Shown: positions 33,531-46,234 of the stretch, piece by piece | Layout of the letters: each line of letters starts with the position of its first letter | How positions within the stretch are numbered: the first letter of the stretch is position 1 | DNA from: Perkinsus olseni | Taxonomy: Eukaryota | Assembly (NCBI GenBank): GCA_013115125.1 | Contig: JABANN010000260.1 | Location: 1 to 46,304, forward strand | Direction of reading: 5' to 3' | Length of the DNA: 46,304 nt | Program-made: the position numbers and the translations under genes | Notes under the pieces: model-generated | What the model was told of the DNA's origin: nothing | Database searches by the model: none | What the model saw: the letters and a program-made list of their open reading frames with translations, nothing else

Positions 33531-34799
33531 ATGCCCACCTGCCTTGTGCAGTCTCCTCATGCTACTGCAATATCAGTAGTGTGCTGTCCTGTAAGGGTCC
33601 TTCGTATTCATCGCCCACCCCATCTCGACATCACAATGTCATGTTCTACCGAGGAGTACGTCCGTCGTCGTGTCAGACAGAGAGTGGCCGCAGTATTACT
33701 TTTGTTAAATCGCTCGGTGGGTCGAGGACGATCACCATTATTGGACTGCCTTACCTTGCTGTGGGAGTATGCCCTTCCAGCTGTTGTAGCATACGAAAGG
33801 GCACCAGGAATCGACCTAGGTTCGACAACGGCACGAGTACTATTTGGCAGGTTGTCGTCAGGCCGATGCCTCATGCTCAGTGAGAAGTCTTCATCCCATG
33901 ACTACTTGATGACCGACGTTGATCTCCGTAATGGTACCCAGATCACAAAAACCATTGGCGATCCTTTAGATGGCGCCCGAGTGAGGGAATTCTGTCCCGA
34001 CCCCAACAGTGGTAGGCTCGTATTCGTCGGTTATCATGCCAGTGGGGCTACCGTACATCCAGAACGAGTAGGATACACTACTCAAGGCGTCGCTAGTATT
34101 CAAGATGTTGGCAGCAGAGCCCCCATCGACTCATCTATGTTGGTCAGTGCCTCTCACGACGTCATCGAAACGACATCGGCGCCACTTCTCGACTGCAGAT
34201 TCGACCATAGCTTATGCTGCTGCCTGTCGAATGGCGATAATACGGCAGCTATGTATTGTATATCGAGTCCGCCCTATCACACTACTAAACGCTTCGTCAG
34301 CCGGATCCATCTCGAACCACCTGCTATGTTTGGTCGATCAGAAGATCTCCTGGAAGTGAAGCAGTCAGTAAGGGAGATGAGAGTTTCAAGTGTATCGGGC
34401 AAACTCACAGTTCTGCTCCTAGCTCGCGGCGATGATCGCGATGGGAGCCCTGTTATATTCTCATGGAAGACGGGTGGTCCACTGCTTCAAATGGCTGTTA
34501 TGGACAGCTTCCATGTTCGGTTCGATATTGGTTGTCTCGGATACCATTGTCCTTCTAAGACCATGTTGCTACTCGATGGTCACTTCCCAGGGCGGAAGCT
34601 GCGGGCGCTCGACATAATTGAAGGGGGTTGGGTATACGAAGTGGAGGCTCCTCAAGGCTCCGAATTCTCGGCTTGGTTTTTTGTCGACAATTCTGCCACA
34701 CAAGCAACCCGCAGTCGCATAAGTTTGGGTTTGCTGTGGGGTACGGCCAGGCTGAGGAACTCGTGCCAGCTGTTGTGTTGGGCTCCACAGTATCAGTGA
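33531..34799 (+). CDS. Intronless hypothetical protein (up to 422 aa; true start possibly ATG ~33636), helical N-terminus then beta-rich region
   Basis: 1269-bp uninterrupted ORF starting 42 nt after the DHX34 stop; no family recognised with confidence. Confidence 0.75.
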   Translation: MPTCLVQSPHATAISVVCCPVRVLRIHRPPHLDITMSCSTEEYVRRRVRQRVAAVLLLLNRSVGRGRSPLLDCLTLLWEYALPAVVAYERAPGIDLGSTTARVLFGRLSSGRCLMLSEKSSSHDYLMTDVDLRNGTQITKTIGDPLDGARVREFCPDPNSGRLVFVGYHASGATVHPERVGYTTQGVASIQDVGSRAPIDSSMLVSASHDVIETTSAPLLDCRFDHSLCCCLSNGDNTAAMYCISSPPYHTTKRFVSRIHLEPPAMFGRSEDLLEVKQSVREMRVSSVSGKLTVLLLARGDDRDGSPVIFSWKTGGPLLQMAVMDSFHVRFDIGCLGYHCPSKTMLLLDGHFPGRKLRALDIIEGGWVYEVEAPQGSEFSAWFFVDNSATQATRSRISLGLLWGTARLRNSCQLLCWAPQYQ

Positions 34800-35912
34800 A
34801 ACAGCGATGCTCATAATAAGCCCGAGATACTGAATATTTTTATAATAATTCGTCCACTTGGTTCACACAAACGGGGTCGTCGGGAATTGTGCTTATTTCG
34901 CAAGTGACCATCATGAACCGACATTTCTGGCATCACCGACCCCATCACCAATCTACTATCTCTGCAGTCTATCATCTGCTGCCGCATTTCTGCATGAAGT
35001 CCGCGCTCAGGTGTCGAGTCCTACGAGGTTGGGCTGAGTGCTATTGTGATAGTCCGAAGGTTAGTTATTTTTGTGTATATTCCTCCTACTATTCCCCCCC
35101 CATTCATTCTAAACTCTAGACGAGCTTTGAGGCGCCGGAGGATGGAGGATTTAATAATAGGTGCATCTGAGAGGTAACCTGGTAGGTTTTCATGGTACGG
35201 CCTCAAGCCGACATATCGAGCGCTTCATTTCCAACTCAACTGGAACACGGGACAACTTTGTGCAAGGCGTCAAATGCAATAGACTGGTTGGGCGCATGCT
35301 ATTTGCAACGATTTGTTATACATTTATGACCACCCACTGCAGCGAGTCGATATGGCTTGTGTGCTCACTCGTAGGCGCTGCTTACAATTCACTCCATGAA
35401 AATGCCCGGCATGCTCGGGAATCTAGACTGATGTTCCATTCTGAGTTACATTTACTCCGGTTCCAGTGCTGATGAGGACGGTGTTACGGTCTACGCGTGG
35501 GGCCAGAAGCTGTTTTACGCCTTGCGAACTAAACCCAGCGCGACTGAGATTCCAGCAGAGAGGTTGTATCAAACCGCAGAGGCTGCAGTAATCAAAGCTG
35601 ATAAATGCTGATATGTGTTCGGTGTTGATAAAAAGTGATGCCATCCTTGGATGGAAAAAAATCTGTCACTGCGATAGTTCGGGTACGATGGGAGCGATTG
35701 CTTCCGAATAATTGATTATCAACTGATAATGTCGTGTCCCACGATCAAACTAATATCGATCGTAGTAGATCGGGACGAAAAAGGGACTTAGATATATATC
35801 GATACATGTTTTAGCTTTGGCCGCCTCTGTCCCCTACCGCTACTGTCCATTTCCTGCCTCCTGATTGACTGTGCTCCGTGACAGATTGAATCTTCGTCCA
35901 GACAATTCAGCA

Positions 35913-38180
35913 ATGGATATATTCCTCTTACTGCTACTCCCCATCTTTACTCTCATCTCGGCCTGTGCATCATTGCAAGTGCTGGTCCACTTTCAAATGC
36001 CAGAGGACGAGGGCTTCAAGAATAGCTGGATCTGCAAAGTAACCTGCCAGATCATCTCTCTAAGAAGAAGAGGAGTTCTTGCCAGATTGCATTCATCCTG
36101 TCTCTCACACTATCTGGAGCGATCACTATGCTCCTTCCCATTGATGTTAAGAACGCGGCGGAGAACGGAGGTAGGACGCAATGGAGAGAGTCTCTCTAAT
36201 GCTTCCATAAGGTTGATAGCTTCCTCCTCGTTAGGCCTCAACATGGAAATAGTTTGGCCTGCTGCCTTCATACTGATGATGGTTTTCGCTTTAGTCGTCA
36301 ACCCATTGGCAATGCTGCTATACGAAGTACCCCACCAAGACTGTCGGTTATGCTGTACCACAGGCAACTCCTCTTTATCGTCTTCAGACAGAGGGTGATG
36401 TAGCTATGCATCCCAGGCGAAGGCTTCGTGCTATGCTGATCCAAGGAACTATCCTCACGTTGGGGCTGGTAGTTTCTGCTCTATGAAGGCTACTGGTGTG
36501 TCATATGACTCAGGTAGCCATTATCGGCGTGACCTACCTCGTCTTCTCGAAGGCTAGCATCCCTTGCGATACCATAGATGAGAAGCCTACTCCTGCTCCT
36601 TGCAAGGACAACCGTAGTGGAGTTTACCGAACTAAAAGTAGCATCATCCAAACGATGACCGGATCACTCGTTACAAACAGAGATTCGTATCTCTGTCAGC
36701 TGCGTTCCATATCTATACCATAGCTGTGGTCAGCTTCATCGGCTGGTTCCTCTTCGCAATTTTTGGAGGTGAGCGTATTACATCCGACTGCTGCGGAGGG
36801 AACATCGTCTCGTGGTGGATAATGTCATTCTCGGAGGTTGTGGGCTAACAGCTATACCATACATGCTGATAAGAGCCTTCATGAGGAGGCCTCCATCAGC
36901 TATTCGTGATGCTGATTATAGGTAGGATAACGGTGAGGTGGTCAATTGAGTTGATGTCCGCGCGCAGGAATCACCGGGAGGTGTTGGCACGCGCAGCCAG
37001 CAGCTTACAAGTCAAATCGGAGAAGTTGAAAAGAGAAGAAGCAAAACTGGATACTCTTAGTTGGTCGAGATCATATGGGCAACTTCTGTGAACCGGATGA
37101 CTCAGGAGAGTTCAGAAAGAAAAGAAAAGAGGCGTCTCTCAAGCGAGACTTCAACAAATTTAAGGCAGATGTGCACATGCTCGAAGATGCGTAATAGGCT
37201 AACATGCACTTGCCGCTCGTTAAGCGCCGCTTTAAATCCGGTTTTATTTTCCCAGATTCAGCCACGCCCATTCTGCGGTGAACCGTACTAGAGGAGAGAA
37301 TAGCAGCCTCATCCGCGTCGGCAAGTTGGCCCTGGGTATCATATCAATAATTTTATCAATTTTGTGGCTTCTCCACGTCGCATTATTCATGCTGGCGAGA
37401 AAGAAAGGGACTGAGTATTATTCACAGACAGGTCCTGTCATCGGCCACGCGTCATGACTTCCTCAGAGACCCCGTCTCACCCATGCTGAACTGGTTGCTC
37501 ACTGACTTCGTCCACAGTGATTCGTTATTCATAGTAACATTTCTTTTGTTCGGCCTCTTAGTATTCTACCTGCAGGCAGCTACCATAACTGGTGACCCCC
37601 CCATCATACTTCCTTCTTCATTTTGTGGTTCTCAGGTTGCATCACTTTCGGCACGAAACTATTTTTTATCATTCCAGTTCATTTACTCCGAAGCGGCGAT
37701 ACACCGTTGAACTCCCTCCTCTTCAACGCTTCCCTCATTCTGTTGTCGACCGCTGCCACTGTCCACTTCGCCACTATCGCTTTGGCGGACTATACAAAGT
37801 GACGTTTGAGCATCCAATACGCTCGGAGAGGCACCGCCATCGGTCTCAGACAATCGGTAGCTTGGCGAATGTTCGCGACAGAGGTCCACTACCTCGACTT
37901 CTATCGGTTTTTCTTTGATAATAAGGTGAACGACGAGCGAATTAGCGACAGGGAAAGGCTTATCTGAAGATATTCTTGTACATGATGATAATATCGAGCG
38001 TTATCGGTTTCATGATGTTGACGGTAAATGGCCGAGTGAAGAGGACATCACTCTACGTTGACAAGAGCGCGGAAAAGTGAGACTGCGTTAGCTGCATGGT
38101 ACGCTCAAGATTCGTTTCCCAGGCGCATCCGCGAACTGGCATCCTCAGCATCGGGGCAGGATGATGAAGGCTGTTCATGA
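35913..38180 (+). CDS. LMBR1/LIMR-family multi-pass membrane protein; multi-exon
   Basis: 'LVHFQMPEDE...WICK', 'MLLPIDV', 'NPLAMLLYE', 'SFIGWFLFAIFGGVGLTAIP..LI.AF..RP', a central coiled coil and 'TPLNSLLFN'-type segments match the LMBR1 pattern; stop TGA 38178-38180. Confidence 0.88.
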
Positions 38181-38428
38181 CATAAGCCTCGTTTGATCAT
38201 TATTGGCATGTCTCAGGAAAGAAGTATGTCTCAGTTTTGGCCCTTTGCGTTACAGTTTTCATGAGAGGGACAATTCTAGTCCGCCACAGCAACACAAAAC
38301 TCGCAAATCGATAAACGTTAACAGTGTCATTCACCAGCAGAAGCCCCAGACATCTGCAGTTTCATCGTTTTAGCCCTTCGTTCGCCTGAAAAAGGAAACT
38401 GAACTGTGCTCAACGGGCTCGGGTGATG

Positions 38429-40708
38429 CTAACCCTCATGCTGCTGCTGTTGTTGTTGCATCCTTGTATGCATCATCATGTGCCTTTGCCTCTTAGCATC
38501 CTTCAACTTCATCCCATGACAGCAAATACTATTATTGAGCTTTACCTCCTGGGGCTTGCAGGCCAGAGGGTGCTCCGAAGTTAAAAAGGGATGCTCAAGG
38601 CATTGAGGGGTCTGCCAACGGCAGTATGCGACACAGCTGCGATGAAGGGAAAAGCTCCTACGCACTCACCCTAACTCTTTTCGAAGGTTCTCTATGCAGC
38701 ATTTGCAATACTAGGTCTGCTCCACCGATAGTGATGACATTTCGTAGGAGCTGAGGACTTCAATTATGATGCATGTATTGATGTACCCCGATAGCACTCT
38801 AAGGAGCTTGCACTGCTGTTGATCTTCGCCAGCCGCAGCTCCCAGATGCATCATACCAGGCGTACCCGGATCGGGTAGTGAGCGAATCTCTGGCGAAGCT
38901 ATCGGGTCCTACCAGGACGGCTGTCTGCAGCAGAGCGGATGTTCCCGAGGAGCGCACCAGGGGAGTTGAGGTTCTGAGGGTGGGGTTAGCTGGATCGACC
39001 GCAGGTTCAGCACTGGGGGATGTTGGGGAATCTGGTCTAGGTGGGGCCTTACCCTGAGCAGACAGGCGAACTACTACAGCAATACCGCAATCAAGGAATT
39101 ACTGTGAACTCGTTATACAGTGGTAAATCCTCCCAGAAAGGTGGGAAGGGTTCCCCAAGGTGCTCCACTATCAAATTGAAAACCTGAACCATGTAACGAT
39201 TCAGAAGGATTAAGTCGGTACACAACTTACTCCCTTCTCCTTGTCTGCTGCGAATATGGGTTTCTGCAGCAGGAGCTCCGCCAAGATAGCCCCGACAGAC
39301 CAGATATCAACCTCAGGTCCGTAAACCGTACCTATTACAAAGGTACAACGTCATCCTCGCTACTCCTTTGATGAATAGAGAGCATTACTTCCCAGGAGAA
39401 GCTCAGGCGGCCGATACCACAGAGTGATCACTTTGTTGGTGTACATGGCAGGAAGAGAAGCTCCTGGTTTCTCAGCCGGAGACTCAGCTCCATCCGCCTG
39501 ACCGAACCAGGGCCCAGTCCTCGGTGAGAGAATCATCTAGTTATCAGTATCACCTTCCGCTGGCGCTCCTCTACCCGAAGGACATCCTCTTCATCTGGGT
39601 CTGTTACTGACATACACTCTCTCGCCAGACCAAAGTCAGCAAGCTTCAGCACGCCACTGAAAAGAGCATGATTTTCACACTGAGCTGAAGCGCAAGGGGC
39701 TGATTGAGGGAGGCGGAGCTCCGCTGGCGGACCCACTTACTTTCTATCAACCAACAAATTGGCGCATTTGATATCTCGATGGACTATACCATTGAGGTGG
39801 CAGTAGTCCAGGGCTCGGAGGGTCTGTATTATCATACACTTAACTTCTGGTATCTGATGAGAAACGGTTCATCATTATACAAACAGCATCATCGTCATCC
39901 AAGCAGCATCAACACGCGCTTCATGTATGTCGCACTGTCAAGTATGCAAGGGCTCGGGACACAACGTGGGGCTCACTGTGAGCATCCTTTTCCGGTCCTC
40001 TAGTATGCCACTCAAGTCATGCTGAGCGAACTCCTCCACCATGTACAGACTCCCTCTGTGGTGATGACGATGACGAAAAGTGCGTAACTCGATTCACCTT
40101 GACTACCTGTTCCGGTTGTGAGCCGTAGCTGCACTACTGCACAGTCCGTATAAGCGGACGATGTTTGGACCATTAGCCAGCTGACTCAGGATACGAATCT
40201 CCCTCACGACCTAATAACCAAAAATAAATTTATGTGCCGAGCTCGATGGGACGATTATCAAGATGATGATGCAGCAGCAATGCACCCCTACTGATTTCGG
40301 GAGGCCGTCCTTGCATACATCTCCCTCACCAAGTCTCAGCTTCTTCAAAGCTACAAGTATACCCGTCTTCTTATGCCGAGCTTTGAACACTGCCCCATAG
40401 GTACCTTTCGAAAGACAGTCAACAGATTATCCACTAACACTCCCTGTTAGACTGCTGTTTGTACCTTGACCAACTTGCTCGAGCTTTTCGAACCCTGCAA
40501 TACCGTCTTTGCATATCTCATCGGCAGTGTGACTCGTGGTCGCAGTCTCTCGCATGCTATTCTCGTCATTGTTCCGGTGTTGTTGTGTCCGAGTATCGTT
40601 CCAATCTCCTCGGGTGGTGGAGGAAGACGATGACGACGGACCGAAGTCCTGGGCGTAATATGATGTACCAGCAGGAGGTGGTGGTACTGTGGAAGATCGG
40701 TCATACAT
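38429..40708 (-). CDS. Cyclin-dependent kinase, CDK12/13-CDK9 (RNA Pol II CTD kinase) group; multi-exon
   Basis: 'VGQGTYGAVFKA', 'VALKK', 'GLPKSVVREIRIL', 'HDLSGIL', 'HRDIKCANLL', 'KLADFGLAR', 'YTNKVITLWYRPPELLLG', 'YGPEVDIWSVG', and a C-terminal 'CHGMKLKDAKRQR' resembling the CDK12 'CHELWSKKRRRQR' extension. Confidence 0.92.
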
Positions 40709-40814
40709 CCTGAGTGATAACTGACCTCAAACTTCGATCAGTACCACCGTCTAGTGCTACTGCAGCGATGCGTGCTCAACTTCACCACCCGAACGAGAAC
40801 CTGGAGGTGAGCTT

Positions 40815-40895
40815 AGAAACCAGTGGTTTCTGGTTCTTGCGTTCGGGTTTGTTTCTGGGAGCTTTCGGGTTGTGGTTTCAAACCACAACCGGAAG
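40815..40895. repeat. Two adjacent palindromes upstream of the CDK gene
   Basis: AGAAACCA-G-TGGTTTCT (40815-40831) and GGTTGTGGTTT-C-AAACCACAACC (40868-40890); both contain AAACCA and TGGTTT. Confidence 0.8.
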
Positions 40896-41296
40896 GATAC
40901 AATAGTCGATAGCAGAAAAACGCGATAAACACAGATGAGGTTAGCAGGGTGCGGGAACAGCGATGCTCCAACTCGATGTTGGACGCAATAGCGTAGTACC
41001 GACCAGCAGTAGCAGACATGACGATCACCAGCTCCCGCGGTTTGATAACACCGATCGAGGAGCAGTAGCCGCAGCGCAGACAGTTCGTAGAACAGGTAGG
41101 GGCTGAAAAGCTTATACATCTTTGTAGTGGATCAATGAGGTATCGAGTATGAAGAGAGTAGTAAAGGGCAGCAATGGGCCAGGAGCACAGCGGACAGCAG
41201 TATAAATTACAGAGAGTACGAATGACTCTAGCACTACGATTAACATAAGGGGAACATAGCCTCGTGTACGTTATTGTTAGCTTAGCAAGATATCCC

Positions 41297-44200
41297 TTAA
41301 TCACATGCACTCATATGACGTCTTGCATATTGGCGCTGATCGGTGAGGCGTCTGTAGAGGCCCCGCCAGCCACTATCCCCAACACCTGCATCATCCTGTG
41401 GTAACTCACTACTACTGCCACCTGAGTTCCCAGTCAGGCGCCCGGCTCTAGAATCGGATCCCTTCTGGGCCCGCTCCCTTTGGCGTCGGGACTTCTTCTT
41501 AATTTTCAAACTCACAACTTCACGAGATAACCTCGTAGCCATAACGAAATGAAGCCGCATAGCCTCCTTTGGGTTCTCGTGTTCCAATCTCAATACGCTA
41601 TCCCTCGGTAACAGTAGTACTGTGGCGTAGGAGTCTGCTATCATTGTGTTGGAGTGGGGGAATACACCATAAATGGCGCTGTCACAGAGGAAGTCGCCGG
41701 ACCCCACCACTCTGATACGATGATTCTGACGCCTTGTCCTCGGTATATCCATAGCCGGGCCAATCCTTGCCTGTGTAAGTGGACTGAAATCCCCACCCAT
41801 ATGAGTGTGGACTCTGACAGGACCAGTGTATAAGCTGAGCTCGCCGGACACCACCAGATAGGCTCCTCGGGCTATCTGACCCTCCTCATAAACGACATCA
41901 CCACGAGACACCTCCATGTGCTGCATCTTCTCGAGGAGAGGATCGATAAGACCATCACCAAATATCTTCCCAACCAATGTTCGACACAGGTTCCTTATCA
42001 TAGTAGCTCTGTCCTCTTCAGATTCGTATACTACTTGTTGGTCGTACATGTCATAGGATAGGTTAGCCAGATCCTCGTAGCTTTCAAGGGTAGGTAGTCC
42101 AGCATAGTTACTGAGTCCAGCAGCACTTGATGAGCCAACGGTTCCCGACATAAGGAGAGCTTGCTCCTCTGCCTTCCCTCCTACACCCCCAGAACCTCCA
42201 GCTAAAGCTCCTACGGAGGACGATACCCGAGAAGAGCCTCCGAAGCCAGCAGGCACCATGCCAGATTCTAGCATTTCAAACTGTGACAGCTGTGTGACGA
42301 TACACTTATCCTCGACGTACTCCAAGGCGGTATCTAGGTCGTCAAAGACCTTAGCTTTTTTCACAAACTTCTTCACTTGGTTCACAAGGCTCTCTCGGGT
42401 AAGATTGGCAATAACAAACCTAGCACCCTCGGACATGGGCAGTAGGCTGGGTATTTTATTCAGAGATACCAAGGCACTCGAATCGATAGAAGTGAGGGAC
42501 TCGAAGTCCAGTACTAAGTAACGAGTATTCTTAAAATCATTCGTGTAACTAGTCAGGGCTTGAGAGAATCTGGCACCGGAACCAAAGAACAGACTATTAG
42601 TGATGGTCCTAGCAACGACTATCGTCTTGTCTTGAAATGAGTTATCGAGAATGTTCATCTCCTCGATGGTCCTGAAGACACCATATAGAGCACGACCCCT
42701 AAGGCGATGGGATGTTATCTACCTGGCCTTGGTACTCCGCGCATCGGTATCGAAGGCTACCACTGGTGAGGACGATACGCGAAGAGTGAAGTAACTAAGA
42801 GTGAACGCAAGGCCTTGTCTGACGCGTGAGGAGCCACATCAGGTAGTAGAAGATCTATTACATGCAGCACAGAGCGAGGCCAGCACAGATAGCCCATACC
42901 ACACCTTTGAATAGGTATGCTACCTGAGAAGGAATACCAGTGGCTGGAGCGACTAAGGAATACTAGAGATCTTACCGCGATTAAAGCCACCACAAACTTC
43001 TCAGATCCATTAACGAGATGACGGGGGTCCCATACACCATCGAGTAGGTAACCGAATGCTATGTGATACAGCATACCTGTGATACATTTGAGCCGTATGA
43101 CGAGGGACTGGGGGAGGACGGCCCTACCGGCAACCCACGGCTTTGGAACAAACTGTAGCAGGCTTTGGCCTAGGAGGAGCCATACGAAACACGTGAGGGC
43201 GTAGCAGAAGCCAGACCATCGTGTGGTACCGCCACCAGCGTCTTGATTAATACGAGTGTTGGAATAGGATACATAGGATGCTGAACCTAAGGCAGGTTGA
43301 AATGGCCACTGAGACTGGTGGTATGCTGCTAGATGCGACCTCCTATGAGTCCACAAACAGTGTTAGATATGGCTGCCCGCTCGATCTCGGACTTCATATT
43401 CAACTCCACATGCGAGGTAGCTTCCAATGGTACCTTATCATGAGACATGACCGCAGAGCAGCAGCAGCAGCAGCAGTAGCAGTGACTGTGGCAGGAGAGT
43501 CACGTCGCGAGAAGCTAGTGCAAGCCTTAATGAGCGACAAAAGTATCCGATGGTACTTACAACTGCCCCTGCACTCATGTCAACAAAGTAGACGACGAAC
43601 ATGGAGAATATAGCGACAGAGTACTCCGAGAAGAGATAACCATAATCAAACTTCAAAGGGTTGCCATAGTCTTCGACGAGGGCACTTAGGGGTTGGTACG
43701 GTAGGGAATCGAATAACCATCGGTCTGCTCGAGCTTCGGTCAATGATAGGCCTAGTATTCCACATACAAGGCCGTACAATAAGAATAACTCTATTATAAA
43801 TATACAGGGTAGGACCAGTGGGTTAGGGAACCATCTACTGCCGAACCTATTCATAAGGCCACACGCACATCCAGCTATGGACTGTAACAGGAGGGTCTTA
43901 TCCTTCATCGTCCGTATGAAGTCGTGGAAGGTCTTAACGGTGAACCCTACGGCCGTATCATTGGAGGACTTGCACATAGCGAGACCCACAGCGGTGAAGA
44001 AACCATAGATGACGGGCTGCGGGAAGCCGGACTTCATAGCGTTGAGATAGTCCCTCCCAATGAGCACAATGACGAATAGGAATAATCCAAATGCCAGAGT
44101 GGTTGCACCAAATATCGTTAGGACCTCCGATACCGCCAACTTGGCATTACCACCAGCGGCGTCGACGTAGGCTGCTGTTATAGCAGATAGGAAGGGTAGA

Positions 44201-44867
44201 CCAACACTCGAAGGGGCTGCTATCAAACCCTTAATCTTATGATTACAATGGAATAGCTGACTTATCATAGCCGATATCAATATAGAATTCTGGCATACCC
44301 CTATCCAGGGTGATATCAATGGATCAGAAAAGTACACTGATGCAAGGGATACAATACGGAATACAATCACCAAACCGGATATAACACCACCAGCTATCGG
44401 CCTAGCCTGACAACCAGTAACGGTGGCAGTACGACGACCAAGACAGTATCATCCTACTACCATTGCTGAGAGTGTTGCCTTCCATTTCTTGCTGCCCAGA
44501 CCGTCGTGGTGATGATGATGTTCTACTGTGCCGCCATCTGCAGCAGGCGCCGTCGTTGTAGGTAGCTGATTAGGTAGGTTACGTTGGGGGACTAGTAGAT
44601 TGGGAGCTGATGCTGTTCGGGTGAGCTGAAAGAGCTATTCATGAACTACATGAGGCTGTGGACATCTCTTACCCCACTGTTGCTGACCGGTCGACAAAGA
44701 GTTTGCCGATAACTGGACACCTCCATGACTGTAGATGCTGCACTGCCGTTGCTTCCTCCTCCTCCAACACCGTCAAGGCTCCCTTCTATGGACGAGCTAG
44801 TAGTACTGTTGATTCTCTTATTGGAAGCCCCAACGGCGGCTTCTGCATCGAGTAGAGGGACGTCCAT
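41297..44867 (-). CDS. SulP/SLC26 transporter with STAS and cyclic-nucleotide-binding-like domain (Vsb1/YGR125W-type architecture)
   Basis: SulP helices ('FPQPVIYGFFTAVG', 'GSASYVSYSNTRINQDAGGGTTRWSG'), STAS ('SLFFGSG...LVLDFESLTSIDSSA...FDDLDTALEYVED'), cNMP-like ('GDVVYEEGQIARGAYLVVSGEL...GSGDFL'). Start taken at 'MDVPLL'. Confidence 0.92.
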
Positions 44868-45098
44868 GTCTATAGGGCTGCGCGGAAAGGGGGAGATGGA
44901 GGGGAAAGAGTGGCGATGACAAACCTCACAAAATACCAAACAAAGCTGCGACAAAGGAGACATTAAAGCCAGTTAAAGAACGAAGATTGCTGACCACAGT
45001 GCTGCCCGTATGAGCCCTGTCTACATACTCCACAAACACCACTACAACAGTCACTCCGTAACGCTGCGTCAGCAGGTTACTATACACACCTATGGGGA

Positions 45099-46234
45099 TC
45101 AGTATAGGTTGAGCTCTTCCTCCTCTTCCTCAGCGTTGAGCAGTTCATCCCATTCAGCATCATCATCATTATCTGAATCACATCAGCATCGGCTGCCTGC
45201 CACCTATTCTTGATCCTTCTGTCAGTACGCTGTTTACCTGCATCATCGTAGTCGTCCACATCCGTTACAATAGGGGGCTCCTCTTCCTCAAGAGCATCAC
45301 GCCCTCCATTCTGCTTTCTCCTCTCGTGGAACTCCTCACGGAGGCGTTGTCGCTCATCCCTGGCTCCTGCATCATCATTCCCGGTAGACTGCTGCTGCTG
45401 CTGTTGGCGAGCTTTCGGTTGCTTCGGCGGGCGAAGGGCTACCGATGCGCAGGGAATGGGAAATAGGGAGTGGAGAATGTGGTGATGGTATTACATATCG
45501 AGGGTAGGTCCAACATCTCCTTCATATTAGGTGACTCCCCGGAGTCACATTCCTTCATGAAGGACACTGATAAGGATTATGATGATGATGAGGCTAGGAT
45601 ATGGTATGATTACCTGCATCATAGTCCCTCTCTAGCTGCTTACCCTTATCGACAAGAGGTAGTACTTCTACCATACCTTGATGATAATAGACGAGACTAG
45701 GATACCCCACATCCCCTTATCATTACCTTTAGTGAGACCATCAAGATCTACCTTCCTATCAGGAGTATTCAAGCACATGAAAGATAGGGACTTGCTGCCA
45801 CCCTTCTTCCACTTGCCATCCCTATGGCCGCCGCCCTCCTTCAATGGTACAATAGCAGGATCGAGCTTCAACTAAATAGGGGAGCGCCGTCATTGAAAGC
45901 GTTACTGTTGGTGTAGAGATCACTCTGTATTTAGAGGTGTCCAGAGCCACAACACGCAGCCCTCTATGGGACTTCATTGCATTCCGTAAGACCTTCTTCA
46001 CTTGATCAGGGAACTTGGAGCGGTACCTACAAGTGGCTCCTCCGGCAAGAGTCGTCCGGCAAAAAATAGAAATACCCGATGAGAAGGCATCTCTGACGGC
46101 TGAGGCACATACCGTCCAGTTGCTTGGCGTTCTTGGCGAACCTGCAATTCACCGGGTGATAGTACCACAAATACAGACGAACTATGGGTTCCGGCTACTG
46201 CTGCCGCTACTGCTGCCGCTACTGCTACTGCTGA

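Noticed and set aside
35469-35500. CTGATGAG followed by a short stem, resembling a hammerhead ribozyme core
   Set aside because: The required GAAA after stem II is absent.
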